DNA of 25,397 bases from Candidatus Bipolaricaulia bacterium (GTDB lineage Bacteria; Bipolaricaulota; Bipolaricaulia; RBG-16-55-9): positions 1,650 through 27,046 of the forward strand of contig JBDGQO010000035.1 of assembly GCA_042219045.1 (NCBI GenBank), written 5' to 3'. The position numbers and the translations under genes were made by a program. The notes beneath the pieces are model-generated. The model was not told the DNA's origin. It did not search any database and saw only the letters and a list, made by a program, of their open reading frames with translations. Below are positions 25,204-25,397 of the stretch, one piece after another. How positions within the stretch are numbered: position 1 is the first letter of the stretch; the number at the start of each line of letters is the position of its first letter.

Positions 25204-25233
25204 TTGACTCGCCTAGCCCGCTCGTGCTATGGT
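25204..25233 (+). promoter_or_regulatory. sigma70 promoter upstream of the Phe-rich leader
   Basis: TTGACT - 18 bp - TATGGT with extended -10 (TGc). Confidence 0.7.
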
Positions 25234-25262
25234 CGAGGCTGGAAAAGAGGGAGCTAAGCGAT

Positions 25263-25382
25263 ATGGACGCGATTCTCAAGCAGCGCGCCGTTGCCCATGC
25301 GAGCGTGAGTCCGCATAGCCCCGTCTTTTCGTTTTCCTTCCGCTTTGTCGTTCCGCCCTTTTGGACCCCTCAGGGGTCCTAA
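25263..25382 (+). CDS. Putative phenylalanine (aromatic amino acid)-sensing leader peptide (39 aa)
   Basis: MDAILKQRAVAHASVSPHSPVFSFSFRFVVPPFWTPQGS*. SD GAGGGAG. Five Phe (four TTT) plus one Trp in codons 22-34. The regulated gene lies outside the window. Confidence 0.6.
   Translation: MDAILKQRAVAHASVSPHSPVFSFSFRFVVPPFWTPQGS
25363..25379 (+). other. Hairpin abutting the Phe leader stop codon
   Basis: GGACCCCT-C-AGGGGTCC, a perfect 8-bp inverted repeat directly before TAA. Confidence 0.6.
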
Positions 25383-25397
25383 TTACGCCACACCGCC

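Noticed and set aside
1..25397. CRISPR arrays, IS elements, prophage genes, rRNA
   Set aside because: No regularly spaced repeats, transposase, integrase or phage-like ORFs, or rRNA-like sequence were seen.

Overview
GC-rich bacterial chromosomal segment. Its markedly acidic proteins suggest a halophile (possibly a deep-branching lineage such as Ca. Bipolaricaulota; inference only). Most of it is housekeeping or metabolic: 5' part of argG, DUF423 protein, 2-hydroxyacid dehydrogenase, PQQ sugar dehydrogenase lipoprotein, tilS-rseP, tRNA-Gln(CTG), Sfp-type PPTase, coaBC, a two-component pair, a matrixin-like protease, an MDR oxidoreductase, dnaX-ybaB-recR, tRNA-Pro(TGG), M3 oligoendopeptidase, thiolase and pheA. 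Two things stand out. (1) Two leader-peptide ORFs missing from the ORF track share one design. One is a 45-codon leader ending in an Arg(CGA) cluster directly upstream of argG; the other is a 39-codon Phe(TTT)-rich leader downstream of pheA at the window end. Each has its own sigma70 promoter and SD, an SD that can pair with the regulatory codons, and a 17-nt hairpin at the stop codon, pointing to ribosome-mediated amino-acid attenuation, including for arginine. (2) An accessory cassette in which a Crp/Fnr regulator with a CooA-like RQ recognition helix has a TGTCA-N6-CGACA box centred at -41.5 of a predicted promoter. That promoter precedes a 78-aa secreted precursor with a predicted disulfide-closed beta-hairpin and three further exported proteins, one of them LolA-like.
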